Made by a program: the position numbers and the translations under genes. From Octopus bimaculoides (Eukaryota), in NCBI RefSeq assembly GCF_001194135.2, contig NC_068997.1, forward strand, positions 8,469,378-8,531,874: a stretch of 62,497 nucleotides of DNA. The letters are read 5' to 3'. Under the pieces are notes generated by a model that had not been told where the DNA came from, did not search any database, and saw nothing but the letters and a program-made list of their open reading frames with translations. Shown here piece after piece: positions 38,379 to 50,035 of this stretch. The stretch's first letter is position 1, and each line of letters begins with the position of its first letter.

Positions 38379-38555
38379 GTGTTTATCTCCCCACTACCAT
38401 TTGGCAGCTGGTGTTGTTTTGTTTCCATTCCCATAACTTAGTGTTTCAACAAGAGAGACCAACAGAATAAGCACAATTTGTTTGACTGAAACCCTTCGAG
38501 GCAGTACCCCAGCATGGCCGCAGTCCAGTGACTGGAACTAGTAAAAGATAAGAGA
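38370..38555 (+). mobile_element. SINE family B 3' half
   Basis: CATAACTTAG...AAGAGAGACC...CCAGCATGGCCGCAGTC...GTAAAAGA. Confidence 0.8.
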
Positions 38556-38579
38556 ATGCTAGTTTGGTTAAAGAAGCAC

Positions 38580-38790
38580 CAAGAGATCCCAGTGGGGGAA
38601 AAAATGACAAAGAAAACTTGGTGAGACATGGAAAGAAATGGTAAAAGCTGATTTCAGGAAACTAAATCTCATGATGGAGATGACAAAGAACCGCCGAGAA
38701 ACGCATCCATTTCATGAAAGCATGGAAAAGCAGATGTGAAATGCTGCTGGTGTTGCTGATGATGATGACGATGATGACGACGATGATGAT
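38580..38790 (+). mobile_element. RTE ORF2 end joined to the shared tail
   Basis: It translates to ..TWKEMVKADFRKLNLMMEMTKNR.., followed by AGCATGGAAAAGCAGATGT and (GAT)n. Confidence 0.65.
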
Positions 38791-39339
38791 TTTAGTGAGA
38801 GAATATGCATTTATTTCAATGAGAAAATGAAGTATAAAATATAGATATCCTATATGTATTCCTGTGAGAGAATATTGGATATTTATTTCAATGAGAAAAT
38901 ATAGAATATGTATTTCGATAGAAGAATTGTGTGCATGTGAGTGTGAGTGTGTCTGTCTGTCTGTTCCTGTGTTTATGTGTATGTGTGTGACATTATTCCA
39001 ATAAAAATGGTATACTTATATCAATAAGAGATTTTATTTATTCATATATTTATTTTTATCAGCAGACATTTCAGTGAATAGGATTACTTCCATTAATATA
39101 TTCTAGATTTTCTGTCCACAAAATAATTTAGAAGAAACTTTTTTGTAGAAAAGTCAGAAGATAATTAAATGAGTGATCTGGATTTTGAAAGAAAATGCAG
39201 GCAACTACCTCTTCTTTTTCTTTCCTTTTTTTTTTGTTCTGGTTATTTCTTTCTCTCTCTTCTTTGATAAAGAATTCACTGGAAACGTCAGTCTAATTCT
39301 TTCCTTTCTTCTTCTTTTTTTATTTGGCATACAATTCAC

Positions 39340-39710
39340 TATCTTTTATCTTTGTTTCAGTCATAAGACTGTAGCCATGCTGGGGTATCACCTTGAAGAA
39401 TTTTCGTCAAACTAGCACACTCCAGTGCCCATTATTAACCCCAGTACCTATCATTCTTTTAAAGCCTGATACATATTCTATTGGTCTCTTGCTGAACTGC
39501 TAAGTTATAGGGACATAAACACACCAACATCAGATGTCCAGCAGTGGTGGAGGATGAACACAGACACACACACACACACAAACACGCAAACACATATATA
39601 TGATCACCTTTTTTTCAGTCATAAGACTGTGGCCATGCTGGGGTATCACCTTGAAGAATTTTAGTCAAACTAATACACTCCAGTGCCCATTATTAACCCC
39701 AGTACCTATA
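39340..39710 (-). mobile_element. SINE family B 3' half with a local duplication of about 97 bp
   Basis: About 39355-39450 and about 39613-39708 are near-identical. Confidence 0.8.
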
Positions 39711-40560
39711 TATATATATATATATATNNNNNNNNNNNNNNNNNNNNNNNNNNNNNNNNNNNNNNNNNNNNNNNNNNNNNNNNNNNNNNNNNNNNNNNNN
39801 NNNNNNNNNNNNNNNNNNNNNNNNNNNNNNNNNNNNNNNNNNNNNNNNNNNNNNNNNNNNNNNNNNNNNNNNNNNNNNNNNNNNNNNNNNNNNNNNNNNN
39901 NNNNNNNNNNNNNNNNNNNNNNNNNNNNNNNNNNNNNNNNNNNNNNNNNNNNNNNNNNNNNNNNNNNNNNNNNNNNNNNNNNNNNNNNNNNNNNNNNNNN
40001 NNNNNNNNNNNNNNNNNNNNNNNNNNNNNNNNNNNNNNNNNNNNNNNNNNNNNNNNNNNNNNNNNNNNNNNNNNNNNNNNNNNNNNNNNNNNNNNNNNNN
40101 NNNNNNNNNNNNNNNNNNNNNNNNNNNNNNNNNNNNNNNNNNNNNNNNNNNNNNNNNNNNNNNNNNNNNNNNNNNNNNNNNNNNNNNNNNNNNNNNNNNN
40201 NNNNNNNNNNNNNNNNNNNNNNNNNNNNNNNNNNNNNNNNNNNNNNNNNNNNNNNNNNNNNNNNNNNNNNNNNNNNNNNNNNNNNNNNNNNNNNNNNNNN
40301 NNNNNNNNNNNNNNNNNNNNNNNNNNNNNNNNNNNNNNNNNNNNNNNNNNNNNNNNNNNNNNNNNNNNNNNNNNNNNNNNNNNNNNNNNNNNNNNNNNNN
40401 NNNNNNNNNNNNNNNNNNNNNNNNNNNNNNNNNNNNNNNNNNNNNNNNNNNNNNNNNNNNNNNNNNNNNNNNNNNNNNNNNNNNNNNNNNNNNNNNNNNN
40501 NNNNNNNNNNNNNNNNNNNNNNNNNNNNNNNNNNNNNNNNNNNNNNNNNNNNNNNNNNNN

Positions 40561-41196
40561 TTAAGTTGGTGAATGCTGCCATAATCCTTGCCTTCAGTTC
40601 ATCTTTGGTATCGCAAGGAATTTTGTTGGTCTCTTGTTCAACTGCACCCCACATATAATAATCAAGGGGGTTGCAGTCTGGGGAGTTAGGTGGCCAGATG
40701 TTAGGGGTGATGCAGTTTCAGAAATTGTCTGACAGCCATGACTGGGTTCTCCTGCTTGTGTGGCAGGGTGCAGAGTCCTGTTGCCAGACACAGGGTCTTT
40801 CAGCAGCCACCCTCTTCACCCAGAGCAGCAATACCTCCTCCAAGTACTTGATGTAGGCCTCTGTGTTGAGTTTGAGGCCATGTGAGAAGATGAATGGAGG
40901 CATAACATCGCCATCACTAGTGATCACTCCAAACATCATGATGTTGACTGGATGTTTGGTTTTGTATCACTCTCGGTACATGTTTTGGGGACAAAGCAAG
41001 CCAACAGTTGTTCTTTGTGTTCACTTCCTGATCCTGGAAAAAATGTTCGTGTCTGAGAAAAACCAAAACATGTTTGGTTGGAGGGAGTACCTGAGTTTGT
41101 TCAAAAGTTTTGTAACGTGGTCTTTTCTCTTCATAACAACATAATATAAATAAAATGTCAGCTGTTTTGGTGTGTGACTTTTGGCCTGACCTAATA
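40561..41196 (-). mobile_element. Tc1/mariner superfamily DD37D (maT) transposase pseudogene, N-terminus deleted, 3' end in a gap
   Basis: It translates to WFFSD..., NIMMFGVITSDG, WQQD-SAPCHTSRRTQSWLSDNF*NCITPNIWPPNSPDCNPL-D, with exactly 37 positions between the second and third D. It has two frameshifts and one stop. A TIR-like TATTAGGTCAGGCCAAAAGT lies at about 41177-41196. Confidence 0.88.
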
Positions 41197-41454
41197 TTTA
41201 AGCAATCTGGTGTTCAGAAGGGCATCCAGCTGTAAAAACCTTGCCAAAACCTGAGGAGGCATATTTTCCACTTTGGATGTATGATAATGAGTACACAACA
41301 TCTCACCAATGTACTAAAGTGTCAAAATGTGTCAAAACAATTGTAGGGACTTTAAATAAAGGATGTCGTTCCCTCCATTTTCTATCATTTATCTATGTGT
41401 GTGTGTGTACATGTATGTGTATACATATATATGAGTGTGTGTGTGTGTGTATGT

Positions 41455-41491
<37 letters not shown>

Positions 41492-41944
41492 CACATAATC
41501 TCACCAACAGGATATTCCTATGCCATGATTTAAGGAAACTGGTCCATTCATTTCTATAAAACATGAAAAATACCCCACTTAACCTTTACTAAGCGAACCT
41601 CTGATAAAAGATATTCCAGCCATGCACGTCCATTCTTAGAGATAGGTCAGATTATATTATCCAATGAGTCCATTCGTATTCCCTGTCACAACATAAAGCT
41701 TGTTTAGGGGTCTCAACGTGGAGAACCGCATCCTTCTCCAGGCCAAATAACAACTGATTTCTTGCAGAGAAAGAAAGAGAATGAGATAGATTAAAAGAGA
41801 GAGAAAGTGAGAGAGATTAAGTGAAAGAGTGAGAGATTAAGAGAGAGAGTGAGAGAGAGAGACTAAGACAGAGAGAGGTGGAGAGAAGGGAGAGTGAGAA
41901 AAAGAGAGAAAAAAGAGAGAAAGTGAGCGGCAACATTGAATTTT

Positions 41945-42110
41945 GTACTAAGCAAAGTACTTTATAGATTGAAAAAAATGAAAGGTAAAGTTGACCTTGG
42001 TGGAATTCAACCTCAGAATGCAGAAAACAGAAAGAAAAAAACTCAAAATACTGTAGAAATAAACCTCTAGATTTCATCTAATTTTCTACCAATTCTGGTT
42101 GCTTGCTGCC
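41945..42110 (-). mobile_element. SINE family C, degenerate
   Basis: ATGAAAGGTAAAGTTGACCTTGGTGGAATTCAACCTCAGAA. Confidence 0.7.
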
Positions 42111-42899
42111 TTAATTTACCATTACTGAAATTAAAGATAAAAAGGTAAGCTCAAGCTATCTGGATATTTTGTGATTTTGAAAAATAAAACATCAAAAATC
42201 ATTAGCTTTTTTTAACTTGGGAGTTTTAATTAGAAATTGCAAAATGGAGCCATTTTAACAGAATTTGAACTTGAGATCAGAAAGGATAAATCTAAATACT
42301 ACACACAGCATTTAGTCTGATGCCCTGTTCTTTCAGTCACCTTTTACCAACCTATTGTATGAAATAATGACAAAAATGAAATAATTTCTAAATTTTGCTA
42401 ATTGCATACATCAAAATTCCAAAGCTATTTCTAGCAACTATTTATTACTAAGTATGCAATAGTATCCTATAAAAAAACATTCCTCTTATCTTTGCGCTTT
42501 TTCTGAATATTTTTCATTTATTTTTTTAGGTGTGTGTATGTGTGTGTGTATGTGTGTGTGTGTGTGGCCGTGTGTGTATGTGTGTGAATGTGTGTGTATA
42601 TCTCAAACCAATTATTCTCAGTATGTAAAAAAAAAAGAAATGTTTGTGTCTAGATTTAAGCATGTGTTATGGATGCATAGGCAAATGTGTTGTGTGTGTG
42701 TGTGTGTGAAAGAGAGAGAGAGAGAGAGAGAGATAGTGTGCTTGTGTGTGTGTGAGTGTATGTGTGTATTTCTGTGAATGTTTTAATAAAAAAAGAATTT
42801 CTCTCCCAAATCAATAAAAAAAACTACCTACATTTATAGCTTTCAGTTATTGATTTAAGATGATACCAGGAATAAATTTCTCTCTTTCACTCCTTGTTT

Positions 42900-42903
42900 G
42901 TGT

Positions 42904-42976
<73 letters not shown>
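42900..42976. repeat. (TG)n microsatellite
   Basis: Direct reading. Confidence 0.95.
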
Positions 42977-42977
<1 letters not shown>

Positions 42978-43129
42978 ATGGGCACATGTGTGTGTACTTG
43001 TGCATTTGTGTATACATTCATACATGCATACACACACACATATATATGTACATATGTCTTTATGTATAATTTGCATATGTATATATATGTGCATCTATCT
43101 ATCTATCTATCTATCTATCTAACTATATA

Positions 43130-43475
43130 TCATCATCATCATCATCATCATTTAACGTCCGCTTTCCATGCTAGCATGGGTTGGACGATTTGACTGAGGA
43201 CTGGTGAAACCGGATGGCAACACCAGGCTCCAATCTAATTTGGCAGAGTTTCTACAGCTGGATGCCCTTCCTAATGCCAACCACTATATATATATAGCGT
43301 GACCGTTGCCAGTACTGCCTGACTGGCCTTTGTAGGGTTTTCGAGCGAGATCGTTGCCAGTGCCCCTGGACTGGCTCTTGTGCGGGTGGCACATAAAAGA
43401 CACCATTTCGAGCGTGGCCGTTTTCGTGCAGGTGACACGTAAAAGCACCCACTACACTCTCTGAGTGGTTGGCGT
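43130..43475. mobile_element. Young RTE 3' UTR in two oppositely oriented pieces
   Basis: The minus-strand tail piece at 43130-43284 and the plus-strand upstream piece at about 43298-43475 are separated by a short (TA)n. Confidence 0.88.
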
Positions 43476-43859
43476 NNNNNNNNNNNNNNNNNNNNNNNNN
43501 NNNNNNNNNNNNNNNNNNNNNNNNNNNNNNNNNNNNNNNNNNNNNNNNNNNNNNNNNNNNNNNNNNNNNNNNNNNNNNNNNNNNNNNNNNNNNNNNNNNN
43601 NNNNNNNNNNNNNNNNNNNNNNNNNNNNNNNNNNNNNNNNNNNNNNNNNNNNNNNNNNNNNNNNNNNNNNNNNNNNNNNNNNNNNNNNNNNNNNNNNNNN
43701 NNNNNNNNNNNNNNNNNNNNNNNNNNNNNNNNNNNNNNNNNNNNNNNNNNNNNNNNNNNNNATTTTGCAATATAATAATTAACTTTTTTTATAGCCATGC
43801 AGGTGATTTCTTTACCTGTACTGCTTACCTACAGCTATCAAGTTAACGAGGGAGCCTCT

Positions 43860-44110
43860 TGGCAATCATTTAGCCCTACTAGAAACAACAGCCGAAAGTT
43901 TCTCATTACACCGTCCCTTCCAAAAAAAGAAGATGGAGCATATTGGATAATAAAGTACAAGTACAAGATAATGAAGTACAAGACATATATGATCCCCCCA
44001 CCAAAAAAAAAAAAAAATTCAAAGGTCATAAGAGTTATGGCTAGAACACCTTTGATTAAAGTAGGTTTGCTCAGACAGGACAGACCTTGGGCTAAACAAC
44101 AACAACAACT
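43860..44110 (+). mobile_element. Dispersed repeat family F, longer copy ending in (CAA)n
   Basis: TACTAGAAACAACAGCC...CATATTGGATAAT...ATGGCTAGAACACCTTTGAT...GGGCTAAACAACAACAAC. Related pieces lie at about 21250, 41590 and 54770. Confidence 0.55.
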
Positions 44111-44959
44111 AACATATGATCAAAGTTGGTTGAGTTGCTAGGTTGTTACACAGCAAGAGTCTGCAATAATTATCAGAACTACAGCACTTTGGTGTGTCTA
44201 CTACTGCAATGCATAATTCTCATTGGATCATTGGATCATTAACTGGTCCCAGTGCCGGATGAATCACTAAGCAAAATGAGCATGCGCTTAGGGCATCAAA
44301 GGAAGAAAGGGCACCACAGAAATGGTAAATGGTTTATGGCACAAAAGAAATCACATTAAACTTACTGAAATAATATTCAAAGTGGTTTATATGATTAGAA
44401 ATATAATTTCAAAGTGTTCATGACATCATAGTGTGGATCTGATCAAAGACTTTGCAATTACAAAACAGTAGGAGAAAACCTTTCAAATATAAATATAAAG
44501 TGGAAATATACAAAAAGAAACATTGTTTTCCATCTTTTTGTTAGTTTTGTTTCATTTTGAAATTTTATTTTATGGTTTTATTATTGTTTATATTTTGAAT
44601 TACAAATATATGGGGACACCCAAATCTTTTAAGTATTTAGGGCTTCCATGGGTTTTAATCTGGTCCTGATTGGCACCATGTGCAGGATTAGGCTATTGCT
44701 ATCAGCAGTGACATCACCTTAAAGTTGGTGAGTGTTTCGTTAAGTTGCAAAATGGAATTCAAGATTATTGACTGATGCTGGGCCATGATAGAAACATTCA
44801 CACTACAGCCCTGTTCTAACCAATTCTGCTTCCATAATGCCAAACCTAACTTCGTGTTACCCAAACAGCTTAGGATTTCACTACCATCATCATTATTGTC
44901 ATCATCATCATCATCGTCGTTGTCTTCATCGTCGTTGTCTTCATCGTCGTTGTCGTCGT

Positions 44960-45155
44960 CATCATCATCATTTAACGTCTGTTTTCCATGCTGTCATGGG
45001 TTGGATGGCTTGGTAAGGCCAAAGGCTGCATCAGGTTCCACAGTCTATTTTGGCTTGGTTCCTACACCTGGATGTCCTTCCTGGTGCTAACCACTTTGCA
45101 GAACGTACTGAGTACTAGCACTGGTGCTTTTTATGTGACACCAGCACCAGTGCTT
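44960..45155 (-). mobile_element. RTE-tail family copy
   Basis: (CAT)n-TTTAACGTCTGTTTTCCATGCTG...CTGGATGTCCTTCCT. Confidence 0.8.
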
Positions 45156-45894
45156 TTTACTCTGCAACAACACCAACATCAATACTTTTTTTTTTTTTAT
45201 GACACAAGAAATTATTTATCCTAGAGTGTTCTTCTCAAGAAAGACAGCCATGAATCATCTATAGTAAAAATAAAGAAAGAAGTTTCATAATATTCACTGT
45301 TCTTTTGATGTTTCTAAAGAATCTAACCAAATACAGTCGTGGCAAAAAGTTGAAGACTGGTAAATGATCCACAAATACCAGAACTGAAGACGGAACCAGC
45401 TTAGAATTTATCAAAGAGCTTGGAGTCTATACGCTGCAAGTGAAATTGTCTTAACTCTGCATTAGACCTGACCAAACCACAGACATCAAAGTGAAAGGGA
45501 TCATATGGAGTCCCTTTTTTGTGACTGTTCTACAGTCACAAAAGTCAGGGAATTGTGAGGCCCGAAATTGATTAGCTTATACCTGAATCTGACGCTAACT
45601 ATGATGAGATATAATTTGGCAGAAAAGTTGACATGACAGAAGAATAGATTTGTAAACCCCTTTCATCCTTTTCATCCTTTTTTTTTTTTTTTGTCTGCTT
45701 TCCATACTGGCATGGGTGGCCCGGGTCTAGCTGCTCTCCTGCATAGGAGAGAAAGCATGGAAAGCAGATGTAAAACAACATTATGATGATAATGATGATG
45801 ATGATGTTGATGAAGATGGTGGTGGCGGTGGTGATAATGATGGTGGTGGTGGTGGTGGTGGTGGTGGTGGTGGTGGTGATATTTTCATCAGTTT

Positions 45895-46270
45895 CTATGA
45901 GTTATTCTACAATAGAATCATTGATTTATATTCCACATTCATCCAGTTACTGTTTTATTAGGTATTCTGCAACTGGTTGACTTGTATGTACACACACACA
46001 CACACGCACGCACACACACACACACAAACACACGCATGCATACACACACTACATTCATCCAGTTAATATCATTTACTTCAAATTCTATAGAAGAATTGTT
46101 GATTTATACACCACATTCACACAGTTACTATGATTTCCCGAAGACATCTATGACAATCATTGATTTATTATAGATCACATTGAACCAGTCATTATGGTTT
46201 ATTAGGAATTCCATGACAGAATCATTGATTCATATATCACATCCAACCAGTTACTATGGTTTACTATAAT
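45895..46270. repeat. Degenerate minisatellite of about 62 bp, 5-6 units, interrupted by (CA)n
   Basis: The motif AGAATCATTGATTTATA..CACATTCA.CCAGTTACT recurs at about 45914, 46045, 46090, 46150 and 46217. Confidence 0.8.
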
Positions 46271-46479
46271 TTGTAGAAAATATAAATTTGACCAAAGACA
46301 AAATGCAAAACGAATTAACGAGATGGTTTTATTCTAAAATAATTGCAGAGCAGAAAAATATAATATATTTTCTACTTGTTGATAAATTAATTTGGCTCTG
46401 ACATGCCTGATTGGCTAGAAAATTCATGTTATATAGATAATGGCATTAATTTCAGTATCAAGAATGAAATGTTTTCACT

Positions 46480-46680
46480 ACATCATCATCATCCAGCATC
46501 TGCTTTCCATGCTGGCATGGGTTGGACAGTTTGATTGGAACTGGTAAGCTGCAGAGCTGCAGAAGACTCCAGTCTGTTTTGGTTTGATTTCTTCAGCTGG
46601 ATACTCTTCTTAATGCCGACCACTCCACAAAGGGTACCAAGTGCCTTTAACGTGTCACTGGCACAGAAGTGAATATGGCA
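46480..46680 (-). mobile_element. RTE-tail family, older copy
   Basis: CTTTCCATGCTGGCATGGGTTGGACAGTTTGA...CAGCTGGATACTCTTCT. Confidence 0.8.
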
Positions 46681-46810
46681 TTTTGCAAAATTTGTTAATG
46701 GAGGGTGCGTGTGTGTGTGTGTGTGTCCGTGTATATACACGTATGTGTATATTCATGTGTGTGCATGTGTGTGTATATACATGTGTGTATGTATATACAT
46801 GTATATACAC

Positions 46811-46977
46811 ACTCTCTGAGTGGTTGGCGTTAGGAAGGGCATCCAGCTGTAGAAACTCTGCCAAATTAGATTGGAGCCTGGTGTAGCCATCCGGTTGCAC
46901 CAGTCCTCAGTCAAATCGTCCAACCTATGCTAGCATGGAAAGCGGACGTTAAACGATGATGATGATGATGATGATGT
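46811..46977 (+). mobile_element. Young RTE 3' tail
   Basis: 4 mismatches in 134 bp against the reverse complement of 43151-43284 (hand comparison). Confidence 0.9.
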
Positions 46978-47687
46978 ATATGTAAGTGGGTATATATGTA
47001 TGTGTATATATACATGTGTGAATGTGTGTGTATATACAGGCACATACATATAAGTGTGTATGTATATACTTGTGCGTGTGTATATACTTGTGCGTATGTA
47101 TATACAAGTATGTATGTGTGTGTATACATATGTATGTTTATGTATATACATGTGTATATGTATGTAAATACATGTGTGAAATCTGAAGGTTGGTGAGTTT
47201 TATACTGTACTCTACTACGTCCTTAACAGAATACACCATAACTGTGTTTGTGTGTGTGTGTGTATGTATGTATACATATGCTAAGTCTTAAACTCAATAA
47301 TTAAGTCCTCTGTGGAAACACCACAAGCAGTAGAACACAAGAGTGGCCAAATTCAAACAAAAAACAGGGATCTGTACCCTTTTCCCCTTCCTAACAGACA
47401 TCAGAAGAGTACGAGCAAGCTATCTGCTGGTCAAATCTTTGATTTCTTCATAAGTCACATGACATACCAGTTAAATCCAGCCTTCACCATAAACATTAAA
47501 TACGGAAAATAAACAGTGAAATGTCTAAATGTTGATCTCTAATAATATTCCTTCAGTTTAGTTGCAGATTATTTTTTATCCAGCTTCTCTCTTCCCTTCA
47601 CCGTTCTTTTACACTGGAATATTTATATCCTTCACCTTCCTTAATCCTATTGATTTGTTTTCTAAAAGAATTATTCCTTCAGATTTG

Positions 47688-47723
<36 letters not shown>

Positions 47724-47789
47724 CCCCCTCTCTCCCCCCCCCTCTCTCTCNNNNNNNNNNAGAATATTGGACTAAATATTTTGTGACAT

Positions 47790-48725
47790 TTCTTTCAGCT
47801 TTACATTCTGAATTCAAATTTCACCAAGGTTCACTTTGCCTCTCCTCCCTTTCAGGATTCATAAAATAAGGACCAGTTGAACACTGGGGGGAGTGGGGTA
47901 GGTGTGATCAACTTAACCCTTCCCCAGAAATTGCTGAATTTGTGCTAAAATCTGAGACCAATATTTTAAATGTGTATTTTTCTGTTAGGCAGAGGGAGGA
48001 CCTAAGCTTTTTAACAGCAACAGAATAATGAAGCTTGAAAAAGCTATTTTAGCCATTCAGATCGTCTGTTTTCCTTCATTTTATTTGTTTCAGTCAGCAT
48101 TTTGTCTGTCTTGATCTGAGTTCAAATTCTGCCATGGTTGACTTAGCCTATCATCCTTTCGAGGTTGATAAAAAAGAGTACAAGTCAAGTACTGTGGTTG
48201 ATCATATCAACTGATTCCTTAAAATTATTGTCCTTGAACCTAAATCAGAAGCAATTAATGTTGATACTGTTAGAGGAAGTTCATTAGCAGAATCATTACA
48301 GTGTTGCAAAAAATACTTTATTCTGTATCCTCTGGTTTTTTTATGTTCTGAGTTCAAATCCCAAGATCGACTTTGCCTTGCATTCTTTCAGGGTCAACGA
48401 AATAAAGTGTGACTGAAGTACTTGAAGTGACAGTATCGACTAACTCCTGTCCCTAAATAGTACTGACCTCATGTCTAAATTAGAAACAGTTATTATTATT
48501 ATTCAGTAGTCTTCTTTTTTTCCCAAGTGCTTTCACTTCACTACTGAGCACAGCTCTGTGTGCCTTGGGTCTGTGCTGTGGTTTGGTTTGTTGTGATGCT
48601 TTTGCCTTTCCTCTTTCCAGGGTTGATAAAATAAGTACCAACAGAGAGCACTGGGGTCAATGTAAGCAACTGACCCCATTCCCCTAAAAGTACTGGCTCT
48701 GTACCTATACTAGAAAGAATTATAA
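47790..48725 (+). mobile_element. Four head-to-tail degenerate SINE family C copies
   Basis: The core (TTCTGAGTTCAAAT..GACTTTGCCT..ATCCTTT..GG..GATAAAATAAGTAC) recurs at about 47805, 48115, 48345 and 48615. Confidence 0.78.
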
Positions 48726-48734
48726 TTATTTCTT

Positions 48735-49225
48735 TTTATCACAGGTTTTGTTGGAACTCCTGGAGTCATGAATGCATAGTGGGTTTACTACCTGCAGCCT
48801 ACGTTACCATGCTGTCTATTCTTTTCAACTAACTAATACTTTCCTGATTATTCTAGCCGTACCAAGGAGGCAAATCTTTTGTAAGTTCTACTGGGTACTT
48901 TCTTCCAGTTTCCTTTATATTCCTCTTGATGCCTTCTGATTCTGTTACCAAAGACCCAACAATAATTGGCACCATCTTCACCTTCATTTTCCATAGCTGG
49001 GCTATTTCATACTTAAGAGGGTCATATCTATCTATCTTTTCGCCTTCCTTCTTGACTTTTCGTGGGTCAAAGGGGCATGCAACATTAACTATATAGCATA
49101 TGTGGTGCACCTTGACCACCGCCACTAGGTCCAGTCTCTTACACTCTAGCACCTGATCTGTTTTGATTGGGAAATCCCAGAGGATTTTGCTAGTCTCTGA
49201 CTCCACCATTTTTTGTACCGGTAAT
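48735..49225 (-). mobile_element. R4/Dong-clade LINE 3' end (RLE domain)
   Basis: It translates to ESETSKILWDFPIKTDQVLECKRLDLV..IVNVACPFD..KEGEKIDRYDPLKYEIAQLWKMKVKMVPIIVGSL, then after a frameshift ..CLLGTARIIRKVLVS*. It is flanked by ATT-rich tracts. Confidence 0.88.
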
Positions 49226-49264
49226 AGAAAGAATGATTATTATCATTATTATTATAATTATTAT

Positions 49265-50035
49265 TAAATTCCACTGAGGTCAGCTTTACCTTTCGGGGTC
49301 AATAAAATAAGTACCAGTTGAACACTGGGGTCGATGTAATCAACTCAACCCCTCCCCCAAAATCGTTGCCCTTGTGGCAAAATTTGAAACAATTATGATT
49401 ATTGTTATTATTATTGTTGTTGTTAAGGCGGCAAGCTGACAGAATCATTAGAAGGCCATACAAAATGCTTAGTGGTATTTTGTCTGTCTTTACAATCTGA
49501 GTTCAAATTCTGCTGAAGTCAACTTTACCTTTCATCCTTTGGGGCTCGATAAATTAAGTACCAGCTGAGTACTGGGGTTGATGTAATCGACTAGTCCCCT
49601 CCCCCCCAAATTTCAGACCTTGTGCATTTCATAGAAAGGAATATTATTGTTGTTACTGATTAGGAACCTACATGTCATAACCAGCAAAAGAGAAAATATG
49701 ATGTCTTTACTTAGCTACATCTCTTCAGGTTCTGAGTTCAATCCCTACTGTGGCTATCACTTTGTCTTTCATCTTTCCTGGATCAATAAAACAAAGAACC
49801 TGTTCAATTCAAAAGGTGAGTTAATTGGTTATACATCACCTGACAAAATTTGCGGCATTGCACCAAAGAAAGAAATTGTTGTTGTTGTTGCTGTTGTTGT
49901 TTGTTGTTAAGCAGTGGAATGACAGGAAGAGTAAATCACCAGAATGAATGCTTTACAATATTTCGGTTACAACTCCCCGTGTTCTCAGTTCAATTCCTCT
50001 TGAGGCTGAATTTGCCTTTCATCACTTCATCCTCC
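49265..50035 (+). mobile_element. Four further SINE family C copies or fragments
   Basis: The core recurs at about 49265, 49425 (near full length), 49720 and 49990. Confidence 0.78.

Noticed and set aside
45529-45550. TTCTACAGTCACAAAAGTCAGG resembles miR-153 (TTGCATAGTCACAAAAGTGA).
   Set aside because: The seed differs and the 3-nt loop and short stem cannot form a pre-miRNA. It is kept only as a hairpin finding.
45895-46270. Periodic repeat considered as a CRISPR array.
   Set aside because: Eukaryotic context, whole units are homologous with no unique spacers, and there are no cas genes.
47375-47430. Strong-looking splice acceptor (CCCTTTTCCCCTTCCTAACAG).
   Set aside because: There is no convincing donor or recognisable peptide downstream, so it cannot be supported without RNA-seq.
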